NCBI GenBank assembly: GCA_964016885.1
Contig: OZ024745.1
Location: forward strand, 114,824,001-114,888,000
Direction of reading: 5' to 3'
Length of the DNA: 64,000 nt
Source: Eledone cirrhosa
Taxonomy: Eukaryota
The notes under the pieces are model-generated. The model ran no database searches and was not told the origin of the DNA. It was given only the letters and a program-made list of their open reading frames with translations. The position numbers were made by a program, and so were the translations under genes. Below are positions 28,565 to 41,150 of the stretch, one piece after another. The stretch's first letter is position 1; every line of letters starts with the position of its first letter.

Positions 28565-28911
28565 AGAGAGAGTGTGTGTGATGGATGAAGGTGTGTATAT
28601 ATATATATCATTGTTTAATATTTATTTTCCATGATAGCATAAGTTGGACGGATCATTAATGTAACTTAAAAAAGGTTCTTACATGAAATTATAATGGAAG
28701 GTGTTTAAATAAATACTTTAAAATGAACAGTTTGTTATCATAAAGCCATCGGCAGTTTCAGGCAGTTTGGAATCAAAAGGGTTAATACACCCACCTAAAT
28801 TTTGATGAATTCTTGTTCTGAAATTTCTATTTTTTAATAGTTTAAGTTTATTATGAAGAATAGGAAGAAAACTCCTCAAGCACAATAACCCTTTTTGAAA
28901 TATATATTTCT

Positions 28912-29222
28912 AGAAAGCCGGTACATGGGGTAGAAATATATAACAGGCAAAGGATAACAAATAAAAAAAAAACAAAGTAATGTTTTACCCAAGGTAAATG
29001 AAAACGGTTCAAAACAATGGGAAATGAAAACGGTTCAAAACAAAAACAAATTGATCAATGTGTATTTCAGACATGTAGACTGATTAGGGATGAATGCATC
29101 AATCATTCGTTTTTGTTTTGAACCGTTTTCATTTCACATTTGAAAAGAGGGTAAAACCCGACTTCGTTTTCTTTGTCATCCTTTGCCTTTTATATATTTC
29201 TACCACATTGTACTGGCTTTCT
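28912..29222. repeat. Fold-back inverted repeat / MITE-like
   Basis: agaaagcc.gtaca...gtagaaatatataa..ggcaaaggat...aaatgaaaacggttcaaaacaaaaac mirrored on the right arm. Confidence 0.85.
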
Positions 29223-31519
29223 GAAACTTAACAGTCATTTATTAGATATCTTACAATGCTTCATGTTAACTATACTACTTTATTTTTAGTTTGTTTAAAT
29301 TAAACATTACTGTTAGAAATAAGTTAAAATATACTTTTCAAAATATATGTATGTTACAAGGTAGCACATTATGTTGATCATATTTTGTTCTTATGTGAAT
29401 TTGTGTGTAGGTGTATGTGCATTTAATCTAATCTGAGATCAAATACCTACCGATGGCATCATACCAATTCCCTGCATTGGAACAGTACCACTTCCTAAAC
29501 TCATACCACTCAACTGAAGAAAAAAAATATTATGCCTTTTGTTACTATATTTCTAATGAAATACACTGTATTTCAATTAATTAATTAATTAATTAAAACT
29601 TTGGAGGAATTAAATAAAGTTATTATTCCATTATTTAGATACACTGTATTTCAATTAATTTATGAAAAATTTGGAGGAGTTAACTAAAATTATTAATTAT
29701 TTATAACAAATGCTTCTTATATAAAATTATGTTGGAAGATTTTAATTGAAATAAGAACCCTTTAAAATTGGTTGTTTTGTATCATGAAACCAGTGCTGGT
29801 TTGGGTTTGGATGGGTTGGTATCAAAAGCATTAACAATAATATCAATGCATTTTTTATGATTTATTTATTTTTAACTGTTTCTTAATTTTACATCTAATT
29901 TTTACTGTTGTAATGTGAGCTAGTTTTGTTTGCACACATCTGTATATTGATGGAACAATTTTCACAAATTGATGTGATGTTCAACCTTTGCTTGTAGGGA
30001 AAGCAGACGTTAATTGATGATGATAATGATGGTGGCTCTATTTCTGCTGGTAACCCCCACAACTGTGACATAATGTAATGCTTGTAGTTCAAACTTTTCA
30101 CCTGCAACATCAGTATCACTTAGACATTCTCCTCATTTGGTCACATATTTTTAGTGCCATCCAGTGTTGGTATTTGAATCAGCAAGAAAATTTTTTCAGT
30201 CTTTAGAATATAAAGGAAGGACTTAATGAAAGTTTTCTTCTTTAATTCTCAGATCTCCAGAGGAGTGAAAAATAAATGTTAACAACTGCATTTCAACTCA
30301 GAAACTCAAGGTCCTAAACCATGAAGAATTAGTTTATTTATCTCTAATATTTGCATGTTGTAAGGGACACACTAAAAGGGTTAGCAACAGGAAGGGCATC
30401 GAACCATTAAACATTTCCTTAAAAAGAACTTTATGGATGTATAGGAAGACTGTTATGGGGCTTCACATTGCTAACACTCAGCTTTAGCAGAGAAAACAGC
30501 CTTAAAACACTTTTCTTCTTGTATTTGCTTTATCTTACTTGTAGCACTAGACAACAGTATTTGTAATGATTTCTTACATCGACCACAAGTTTCTAATGGG
30601 ACACGAGGAAATATAATGGATTGGTACATATTCTATTGACCTCTACTCCTGAAGGACAATACACAAAGTCAGCTTAAGGATGCAGTTGGACAGAAATATA
30701 TACCATAAGGCAATTAGTCTGGTCTATTTCTAGTTTTATCACTTCATTTTCCTTAGTAGTAGAAGTAATGGTGGTGGCGGTAATAGTAATAGTAGTAGTC
30801 ATTATTAATTAATATCCCCTTTCCCTGCTAGCAAGGGTTGGACTGGTCGTCAACAGACTGAGTTGGTACTCAAGTAGAGTTACTAAATCCAAAGATGGGC
30901 TGGGAGTGTGCATATCTATTGAGTGTTCAGATGGGTCAGAAAACCACAACTCACTCACATACATACTATCCCATGCTCTACCCAGTAACACCAGCACTAA
31001 GGAGGTTGTCATGTCTTTGACACAGCTGAAGAGTCTTCCCCACCTTTTATTCGGCAGGTTGCATTTTATTGTGTAAACAATTGTTTCTAATATGGGCACA
31101 CTGGGGAAAGTATTTGATTAAATCTACCCTAGTACTTAGTTAGAAGGATGAAAAGTAAGGTTGACCTTACTGGGATTTGAACTTAGAACATAAAGAACTG
31201 GAAAAATACAGATGCTCTGGCGATTTTTGCCAATCAACCAACCAGTAATAATGATTTGTCACAATGACATAAGTCTAGAAATCTTTAGAAAGGTGTCACA
31301 GTTAAGTAACTCAGTTTCAATATATGACTGGTACTAAAGATTCTAAGTTGATGTGAAGCAATTTGGATGTACAATGCATAAACAATGATGAAACTAAAGA
31401 CTACAGGGCAATTAGTTTGGTGCCATACTATTTGTACCACTCCAATACCATATGGCATTTGGTTCTATCTTAGTTACATCCCTTTAGGTCCAGACAACTT
31501 TGTCTTTTATTCTCCTCTA

Positions 31520-31865
31520 AGACTGGAATAGACCTGTTAGTTTTGACAATGAATGTTCTGGTTGTTCGATCAGCAAAACACCCACCCCTGTCGTAAAATT
31601 AATGTGTAAGTGACTGAGCATTCTACAGATACATGTAGCTATAATGTAATTCTCAGTGTTACACAGTGTGTGATGAGGCTAGTCCGTTGAATTACAGGTA
31701 CAGCTCACCTGATAGGCTTCCAGACGGTTTCTGACTACCTAATTTCACTCACAAGGTATGGGTTGACCTGAGGCTATGGTAAATGACACTCTTTCCTAAG
31801 AACCATGCAGAGGGATAAAACCCAGGACCTAATGATTGGGAAGTGAACTTCTTAACCATTCGCTC
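31520..31865 (-). mobile_element. Third dispersed repeat/SINE family (copies at about 58010-58340, 53620-53770, 60780-60915)
   Basis: Shared ctgaggctatggtaaat...ccatgcag...cctaatgattgg.aagt.aacttcttaa between copies; degenerate tRNA-like head. Confidence 0.7.
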
Positions 31866-31993
31866 ATACTGTTTGACCAGACAAAGTACTGAGGTCATTA
31901 TAATCAACTAAAACCATTGTAGGCAGTGCCCTACTGCCATCATATGCAAATGAGTGAAACCAATAAAATAGAATAAAATAAAAATGTAGTTAC

Positions 31994-32246
31994 AGTTTGC
32001 ATGCTGATGGCTGAACCAGTGGTTATCTGTGATGTTAATGTCCCTGAAGGATTTAATGGAGATGCAAGGTTGGGGGCTTGCATTGGAGGCATGTTACCTC
32101 CACTGGCCGGATTAGAAACTGGGGCAGAAAACACTTCATACAAATCAGCAGATGGTGTGGTGTTTGCAGCAACTGGTTGGGCTAAAGAAGAATTTTGAGA
32201 AGCAGCAGTGTTCATCTTGGAAAAGTCAGCAAAGTTACTTTGTGTA
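31994..32246 (-). CDS. CLINT1: CLINT1 exon (TQSNFADFSKMNTAASQ...SADLYEVF...ISMQT)
   Basis: tttcag| acceptor, ACT|gtaact donor, 253 nt, phase 2 to 0. FADF and DLYEVF motifs. Confidence 0.9.
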
Positions 32247-32986
32247 CTGAAATTAAAAAAATAAAAACAGAAATTAGATTATATGCAAAAACTGACTGCT
32301 TGACCTTTACTGTAGTTGATTAAATCATTTATTTTATCAACCACAGAAAGGTGAAAGGCAAAGCTGACCTGGGTGGGATTTGAACACATAATGTAAAAGT
32401 ATATAATCAAATACCACAAATATTATGCCTGACCCTCAACCGATTCTGCCATATACCTGCTATAGATTACATTAAAAGTCTTGAAAATGTACATTGAATT
32501 CTCCAAATATAAGATCTGATAATTTATAAACTGAATAATAAAATCCAGTCTCACATCTGTTAGAGTGAGTGACAATAAAAATGTAGAGTACAACTTTCCA
32601 TTTAGCTAATATATCGTCATTATCATCATTTTTACATCTATTTCCCATGCTTGCGTGGGTTAGACAGGTTGTCACATTCTGAGGTTAGACAGGTTAAATG
32701 ACTGTATCTCACTCATACATTCCATTCTGGTATGGTTTCTACAGCTGAATGCACTTCCTAATGACGACCACTTCCCAGCATGTACCGGATATTTTTTTTC
32801 TTGTTGCACTGCCACTACAGGGTGTACGAGGTGCTTTTCATTGTGGCACCAGCACTATCATTTTACAGAGTGGACTGGGTGCATTTTCTCATGGGACCAG
32901 CACTACTACTTTACAGCATGTTATTGTGGCACCAACACTAATATCTTAGAAATACTTTTTTTTACATTGGTACAAAATCACATACT

Positions 32987-33060
32987 ATAATGTCCAGACA
33001 CTTCAATCCTTTGTCCCTTATAAGTTGTAGGGACAAGGAATTAAAGTGCCTGGACATTAT
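32987..33060. repeat. Short hairpin (about 33-bp arms)
   Basis: ataatgtccagacacttcaatcctttgtccct versus agggacaaggaattaaagtgcctggacattat. Confidence 0.85.
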
Positions 33061-33324
33061 TTTTTTCAACTCTGGCATGATGAAAGACAAAATAAATTTT
33101 GGCAAGATTTGAAGTCAGAATGTAAAAGGATGAATATGAAGCATCAAACCATTGCTTGCAGGGAAAATCTTCATTAAATGACAATAATGATGATGATGAA
33201 TGATTTGATTCAATCATTGATATATCATAAAATCACAATTTTGTAGGTATATCTATACAATATGTTTTATTAATTGACACAAAATCTTTAATTAACAAGT
33301 AAATATAAAGTTAATGTGACTCAC

Positions 33325-33403
33325 GAAGATGATGATGATACACTGGTGGCTGCAACTCCTTGAAAAGCAGAATATTCACCAAATTCAGCACCATTAGTAT
33401 TAC
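33325..33403 (-). CDS. CLINT1: CLINT1 exon (SNTNGAEFGEYSAFQGVAATSVSSSSS), absent from ORF track
   Basis: tttctag| acceptor, TC|gtgagt donor, 79 nt, phase 1 to 2. NGAEFGEYSAF matches epsinR NGDFGDWSAF. Confidence 0.92.
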
Positions 33404-34548
33404 CTAGAAATAAATAATTAAAAATAAAACAAATTGCAAAAGAAGTGTATCACCAAGACTGACTAAAACACTGAACATTTTCATTTCCCAAGAATCAACT
33501 AAACATAAATTGCACACATATATACATATTTGTCTCGATTTTACAACTTATTTCAGATTTTCTAACCAACTTCCAATACCTTTTGCTTATTTTGTTTGGT
33601 GTTCATAGTCCGGCTATTATGTGGTGTCTAAAGAGATTGTTTTCCTATGTGCATTCTTTTCTAAATGTTTACTCAGAAATGGAAAGGAAGTGCCTATAAA
33701 CCTTCTCAAATCCTCCAACACTAGGGAGAGGATAGGTAGAAGATATCCTTGAACTGAAAACCTGATACAAAAGCTTGCAATAGAATAGACTCCAATAAGG
33801 GCACCAAAGAACAAGATGGTGGTGTTAAACCGGGCAGTAAAATGTCTACCACTCAAATAGGCTACAGAGGGATTTGAACTTAGAATACAAAGAGCAGTAA
33901 CAAGTACTGCAAGGTACCCCATTGGACTTTCTAACAATTCCACCAAACTACCTCCCTGGATTTGAATTCAGAGTGCAGAGAGTCAGAACAAATACTGTAA
34001 GGAATTTTGTACTACACTCCATTGATTCGGTTAATTATAGTTTTATATAATTATTCATAGTGTTATTCCTGACATTGTAACAAACACTGAACACATTCTA
34101 GACAAACTGAATTTATGATAAAGTCTTTAAAAAACCCAAAAACTCTTCCATATGTCTAGTGATTTACTGAGACAGAAAGATGAGATTCTAAAAGGCAATG
34201 CCATAAAGAGCCTTAGATATTACACTTTATAAGAAATATGCTGTTTTAATCAGATATTTATATATACATTGTGGAAGCAATGTAATTTTTTATAGATTGA
34301 TATCCTTCTCAATGCTAACCACTCAACTGTGAAGAGATACTGGTTGATGAATTTAGCTCCAGTCTTGAGGCAGGTAGTGAGATATTAAGGCTTGAACTCC
34401 TGAACTTAGTTTGAGAAACCTAATAATTTAGAAGTTTAATCACAAATATAAAAGTACCATTGGAAGGTATGTATAAAAATGATGTCATACAAACAAAGGT
34501 TAAAATTCAATTCCTGAAAACATAGCTTTATAATACAATAATGCTTAC

Positions 34549-34687
34549 TAGAAGCTACGTCGGTTACGATCCCATTTTGAGAATTTGATGATTTAAAATC
34601 ACTAAAGTCAGTAAATATATCTCCAGGAGACGATGCAGAAGGGACTATTGTGTCAATTAAATTGTAATTTCCAGTGGAATCAGGTGT
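34549..34687 (-). CDS. CLINT1: CLINT1 exon (TPDSTGNYNLIDTI...GDIFTDFSDFK...)
   Basis: ttacag| acceptor, A|gtaagc donor, 139 nt, phase 0 to 1. NLID and DIFTDFSDF parallel epsinR DLVDLF and DLFGGFADF (clathrin/AP-1 gamma-ear type motifs). Confidence 0.92.
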
Positions 34688-35923
34688 CTGTAACAAGAGA
34701 AAAATTAACAATTTTAGTAACATTTTAATAGCTTGTTCTAAGGCTGACAAATTTAAGTAGTTTTTACCAGTTTTGTTTGAGTAGGTTTGTGTGCATTACA
34801 GAGACCAGACCAGCTAGTTAAAATTTATAAAATCTGTATATATGAAGATCTCTAAAACTCTATGGAGAGGTTGGTTTAGAACTAGATATTTTCCCAAACT
34901 AAATATTTTGCAGTTCACCATTGTAAATACTAAGGATAGTGTAATATTACCAGTTTTGTTAGCTTGTGCTGTTATGTTCTTCTATGAGCTTTATGCATGA
35001 CAAAAGCTGTGAAATCATGGAACATTTTCGACCAATTCTAAGAATGCGAGCTTGAATGAGGGAATGGTATTTTTGAAAGAGTTTAAATGAATAGAATTGA
35101 ATGAAGACTTGCATCTGCTGTTGCTTTTCTACAATATTACTACATATGATTTTCCATTTTATTGTAATTTCCTCCTTCCTCATTTTCTCTTTTTTTTTCT
35201 TCTTCTTTGCCCACTTATTCCTGGAAGGTCATGAGGGAAGATTCCTCATATGTCTTCAAGTAGGTCCTGTCAGAAGCAAAAGTCCAAAGTGCTCATAAAG
35301 GCTGATGCATTGCTTTAGTTTCATAGATAAATCTCACCTCTCATATATTACCCAGACAGATTTGGTAACTATTCTTAACAGAGCTAATTGACACATATGT
35401 AAAATTAATTATATTGCTTATATACATAATATAACACTTGCTGTAGTCTCAAATTCAAGACCTATGAGCTGGTGATCCAATTCCTCTAACCATTTCATAA
35501 TTCCATTTTCTATTCTAGGGTTGAAAGAATTCTTCAGTTATATTAAGGGCATGACAATCTCTTTAGTGTTTGTGACATGATAAAAATCACCCAGTATACT
35601 TTGTGAAGTGGTTGGTGATAGAAAGGGCATCCAGTCTTAGAAAACTTGCCAAACAAAGAGATGAGAGGGCTCTTCCAGTATATCAAACACATGACAACCT
35701 CCCTAGTGCTGATGTCACAATAAAATGCACCCACTGTGTCCAGTTGAGTGTAGGAACATATGCAAGCAAGACAGTTCCTGACCCATCTGAAAGGTCAGTA
35801 GCTCCAATTAAGTACCGACTTGGTCAATAACAACCCATCCAACCCTTGCTAGCAGGGAAAACGAATACTTAATGATGATAATAACAATTCTGTTTAGTAA
35901 TAGATTGGTATAAGCATCCATAC

Positions 35924-36134
35924 CTGATTACTTTCTTTTCCATAAGTTGCTGCTGCACCAAGGTCTAGTTTCTTGTTAGATCGAGTGGTTCGGATATTAG
36001 TAGTAATTTTTTCAGTGTGTGTAGTTTGAGTGCGCTCCACAGAAGTATACTCTTCATCTTCATCTTTAAACTCAAACTCCTTGCGGTCACGAGACGGCTT
36101 GTCTTTATCTTCATATCGATTTTCATTGTCATCA
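35924..36134 (-). CDS. CLINT1: CLINT1 exon (SDDNENR...EFKDEDEE...KKLDLGAAATYGKESNQ)
   Basis: gtgtag| acceptor, CAG|gtatgg donor, 211 nt, phase 2 to 0. EFKDEDEE and LDLGAAATY match epsinR EFKDEEE and IDLGAAAHY. Confidence 0.93.
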
Positions 36135-36218
36135 CTACACACACGAGGCAAGGGGAAAAAAAAATAATATTAAACTTAAAAATTATAATATAAACAAATA
36201 AAAAAAACTTAGAGGAAA

Positions 36219-36339
36219 AAAATACTTTGTAGAGTGAAAATATATATTTCAGTGATATTAAAAAATAATGTTATTAAAATACTTTGTATAGTGAAAAAAA
36301 ATATATTTCAGTGATATTAAAAAGTAATGTTATTAAAAT
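36219..36339. repeat. Tandem duplication of about 58-60 bp
   Basis: aaaatactttgta.agtgaaaa...atatatttcagtgatattaaaaa.taatgttattaaaat occurs twice. Confidence 0.85.
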
Positions 36340-37639
36340 TTGCTGAAAGAGATTTTAGTATTTGTTATTCAGTAATATTCATATGTTTGATGATATTTCA
36401 AAAAACAGAAAAACACAATTAAATAAACTACAATTCATTATATGAAAATATATTTGATATTTATAACCTTAATAAGCTTTAAATTATTTAGACTTGTTGG
36501 AAAATATACTTCTTTTTATTAGTGAGCTAACTGATTGAGAGTTGTCTTTCATACATCTTTCTGAAAATATGTAGGGTGTTAAAATTCAGCAATATTATAA
36601 TGCAGCAAGACCACTTGTAATGTAAGACTATGAATGTGTAATAAACAATAATGAACTGTTTAATAATTCTGATGCATTTAATTTAATATCAATAAATAAA
36701 TAGGTTGGTTTAGTTAAAATATATTAATGCTAATTATTTTCAAAAGACTATATTTAAATAATTTTAGAAAAAAATAAATTAGAAAAAATAGAGCAAAGAC
36801 AAAAAAAAAGTTAATTTAAAAAAAATCCATGTATACTGTTATTCCTTGTTTACAGATGACATATATTGAACAATGGCTATGAATATTTTTCATATAATAC
36901 TAAGCCTCTTCTGATACTGCAAATTCAATTTCATTTGCCATCCTCAAAACACATTTAAATATGAACCCGTATCTGTGCAAGGAAGTTTGAATGACCCTAC
37001 TACAATATCCATTTAAGCCAACAAGTGGGATGAAAGAACTCATAACAACTAGTGATTAGCATTGCATCAAATATTTTGCAAATCTACTGCATCAAGCCTG
37101 CATAGGACAAAGGCATGCAGGATACAAAAATATACCTGATTTTTTTTTACAAAGTGCATCCCTAATATTAAATGAATAAGTATAAATTGCAATAATGCGG
37201 TGAAAGATTAAAATGGCGCATAAAATAACTGCCCTAAACTCTTGCAGAATTTTACAGAAATTAATGAAAACAAAAATAAATAGGATGAATACAATAAGAA
37301 TCAAGTACAATGTTATTTGGGCTGCAAACTAGAAAATGCAATCAAAATAAACAACTAACAAAAGTGTCTTCAAAATTTTATATCATTTCATCTAAAATAG
37401 TTTTACTTAGTTTCTGTTATTTAAAAAAATAAAGGCTTATTGAGCTTTAGTTTTTCAAGTTAATGAAAGTAATATACAGAAATTGCTACATTATTTCATA
37501 GTCTATTTTTTATTAGTCACCAGAGAAATAGAATCTAAATTGAATTTTTGTAGCATTTAAATTCAGAAATGACAAACTATGAACACCATAACAGAACAGG
37601 CTCAATGCTGCACCAATGCTGCAACAACAACAATAATAA

Positions 37640-37805
37640 TAATTGTTTCTACTTTCGACACAAGGCCAGCAATTTGAAAGGGAGGGGAAGTCAAATCGAC
37701 CCCAGCACATGACTGATACTTTATTTTATTAACGCCGTAAAGATGAAAGGCAAAGCTAACCTCGGTGGGATTTGAACTCAGAACGTAAAGAGTCGTAACT
37801 GTGCT
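37640..37805 (-). mobile_element. SINE family A copy (5'-truncated)
   Basis: Consensus domain and box B reverse complement ggatttgaactc. Confidence 0.82.
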
Positions 37806-39914
37806 GGAGTTTTCCTCTAATAATTTTTTAGGCAAACTAATACGTTCACAGCATGACTGTGGGAAATAGCGAAGCTGAGATGCTGGAACAACCAAGCACA
37901 TTCGCAGGTAGCACCTGATAAGTTGATAAGATGAGTTGGCAACAATGGCAAGAACTTTGTCAGCGACCCAGCTCCTCCAAATGTCTCGAACTTCACAAGC
38001 TGAAATAAATAGTTTGCCAATAATTCCTGATATTTTAGAATTTTATTCTGTTTAGTTATGACTGTAGTGGCTCTAACTTTCACTGCAGCATGTGGAAAGG
38101 AGAAAAAGAATCACAAACTGTGGCATCAGCAATAACTATATATACACTGCCTCTCTATATGTAATAGTACTTACTTATGTCTATGTTTAATAGGTAAGAT
38201 TTCAATGAATCAATAACTAAATAATAATGTGAAATGATAAAGTAACTAAAATTAAGGATTAATGAAAACATTTAAAAGAAAGGAAAATAATGATAAATAA
38301 GGAGAAAAGAATTTACAAAAATAAAATAAATCATAATAAAAACACAAATTGCCATTTAAAGTAAATGAGAAATTATATGAAAAATTTTACTAAGAGGATC
38401 TAAATACATCAAAGACCAGAAGGCTTTAATTGGTTTTGACTTTCATAATAACTTTTTCCCCCTAAGTTTGACAATCAACTTCACTCTCATTTAAGGGTTA
38501 GACTGCCTCTGGTCCCAGTGGACAAAATTGAAAAGACATTGCCCTAGAAGATGGCAAGGGGGATGTGCTAGAACAGCCACTGCAACTCACAGGGCTCAGT
38601 CGTGTGGGTAGCCAACTTTGCCCCGAGAGCAGTCAGTAGGAAGAGAGTGATAAAATTTAGTTACAAAATGAAAAAAAAGGATCTCTTTCACTACTGGTTG
38701 AATAAAAAATATATATACAAATAATAATGGATTTAAGGAAAAAGTAAGAAAGTTGATTTAAATGAATTTTGTGTTAACTGATTAAAGAACAAAATTTGAT
38801 TATATTTCTTTGATATACAAATTAAATTAAGCATCAATGATTTTTAAGATTGACAAAAAACCCCACAAGTTTGGCAATGGAAGCAGTTGATTAAATCTAT
38901 TCTTGCTTGTAACCAGCACATATTTGTAACTAAATGCTGTTAATGTTATGCCCACCACTACCAATCCACTGTCCACAGTTCTGGATATCAACTCTGTACC
39001 CTCAGTTCTGTATATAATATTGCTTGCATTTTTTTTAAAGAATTTGTAAATTAAAAAATGGAACAACCTAAGGATTAAAATTTAGACATAAATTATAAGT
39101 CCCTACTTATAACTGAGTAAATCAACAAAGTTATGAACTGCAGAATGTGCATCAATGGGAAAATAGATACAAACTACAACAAAATAGATTTTTATGGGAG
39201 AGAAATAACCACAGTGATGAGTGTTATGTTAATCAAAAAGAGTTCCAATCGTAATTATTATTTACTCTAGTGGAATTAATTTAACAGATAATAATTCAAT
39301 GCTTGTTGCAATGGTTATGCCTGGGAAATGGAGTTATAACTCTTGCAAATAAAAGATGTTATTTTAAATGAACTATATTTAACTTTTAACATTCTATATT
39401 GATTAACCAGAAAATATCTAAAAACAGGTTTGTTAATTCAAATATTTACAGTATCTTTTCTAGTGGACAATTTACAATCATTTGCAGTAAGTAAAATTAA
39501 AACTGTATTTTTTTAGTGAGATGCAGCCATAGTACTCAATTTCATCATTGTTGTTTAATGAACGTTTGTTTTCCTTGCAAGAAAATGTTGGACATGTTAT
39601 CATAGATTGGTCAATACTCAAGTGGAGACTCTGACCTGCAGGTGGGCCTGGGTCCCTGACATATGATACTGCACTCTAACAAGTCCATTTGCTTGTGGCA
39701 CCAACATTAGGGAAGTTGTGATGTCTTTGGCATAGCTAAAGAGTCTTGTCATCCTTATGTTTCACAAGATTTCTATGGCTGGATGCCCATCCTATCACCA
39801 ACCACTTGTCAATAATGCCTTGTTGATACGGTTGCATGTGGTATAATACATTAAGAGTTGAAGTCATTCTTTTATTTTTTAACAAACCCGGAATTATTAT
39901 TTGCTTATTTACTA

Positions 39915-39960
39915 TATAAATAAGAGACACTCTCATGCATGAGAGTGTCTCTTATTTATA
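39915..39960. repeat. Perfect 46-bp palindrome
   Basis: tataaataagagacactctcatg|catgagagtgtctcttatttata. Confidence 0.97.
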
Positions 39961-40559
39961 GCTAGAGTATCATTAAATTTCACTCTTCAGTTATGACTAA
40001 GCTGGTTATAACTCATCTCGAAAATTTATAATAATCTTCAGGTTTGTTATTATAATTTACTGCTTTTTTTTCTGGTTCTCTCTCTCTATGCTTTGAGTTG
40101 AAAATTCCAGCAAGATTAATTTTACCTTTCATCCTTTCAGGTCCAATAAAACAAAGCACCACACCCCAGGGACATATTGGCGAAATGCTAGAGCATTAGA
40201 GAAAATGCCTTATAGTATATTTATTTCAACCCTGTGTGTTCTGAATTCAAATCCTGCATCCTGTCACTGGAAAAAATAGTGATGTGATAGGACTTGGAAC
40301 TATGATTAAAACACCCAAGAAACTTCATTATAAGAAGAGGCTGACTAAATCCAGGCACGTTTGAGCTGTAACGGTAACCAAGAATTTTATGGACATTTCT
40401 CCCACTAAAGAGATACTCTCATGAATGATATAAGCTAGAGTATCATTAAATTTGACTCAATTATCAAAAAGCTGGTTAGAACTCATACAACAAAATGTTG
40501 GGAGAAAAAGAAAAACAAATATGTTATTCATATATTATGCAAGCTAGTCAATGACAATA

Positions 40560-40560
40560 C

Positions 40561-40602
<42 letters not shown>

Positions 40603-40713
40603 TACATATATACAGACACACATATATACATATATATACAAACATACAGACACAGATATATACATATATATAAACATACAAACATATATAAATATACATA
40701 TATATATATATAA

Positions 40714-40750
<37 letters not shown>

Positions 40751-40867
40751 CATACATAAATATACACATATATATATATATATACACATACATAAATATA
40801 CATATATATACACATGTATATACATACACACATATATAAATATACATATACACACACACATGTATAT

Positions 40868-40908
<41 letters not shown>

Positions 40909-41150
40909 CACATATATATATATATACATATATATATAGGAATGAAAAATGGCATGCTGTGTTGTTGCAAATGTGACACATATGTATATATATACACACA
41001 CACATATATATATATATATACACATATCTATATACACAAATATATACACATATACAAATATACATATATTCAAATATATATACATATATATACACAGATA
41101 TATACATACACATATACATACATACACACACTCACACAAATATATGACAT
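40560..41150. repeat. Compound (TA/CA)n microsatellite
   Basis: Direct reading. Confidence 0.95.

Noticed and set aside
27264-32198. Plus-strand ORFs 27264-27545, 32001-32198 and 4629-4904
   Set aside because: Antisense shadows of CLINT1 exons.
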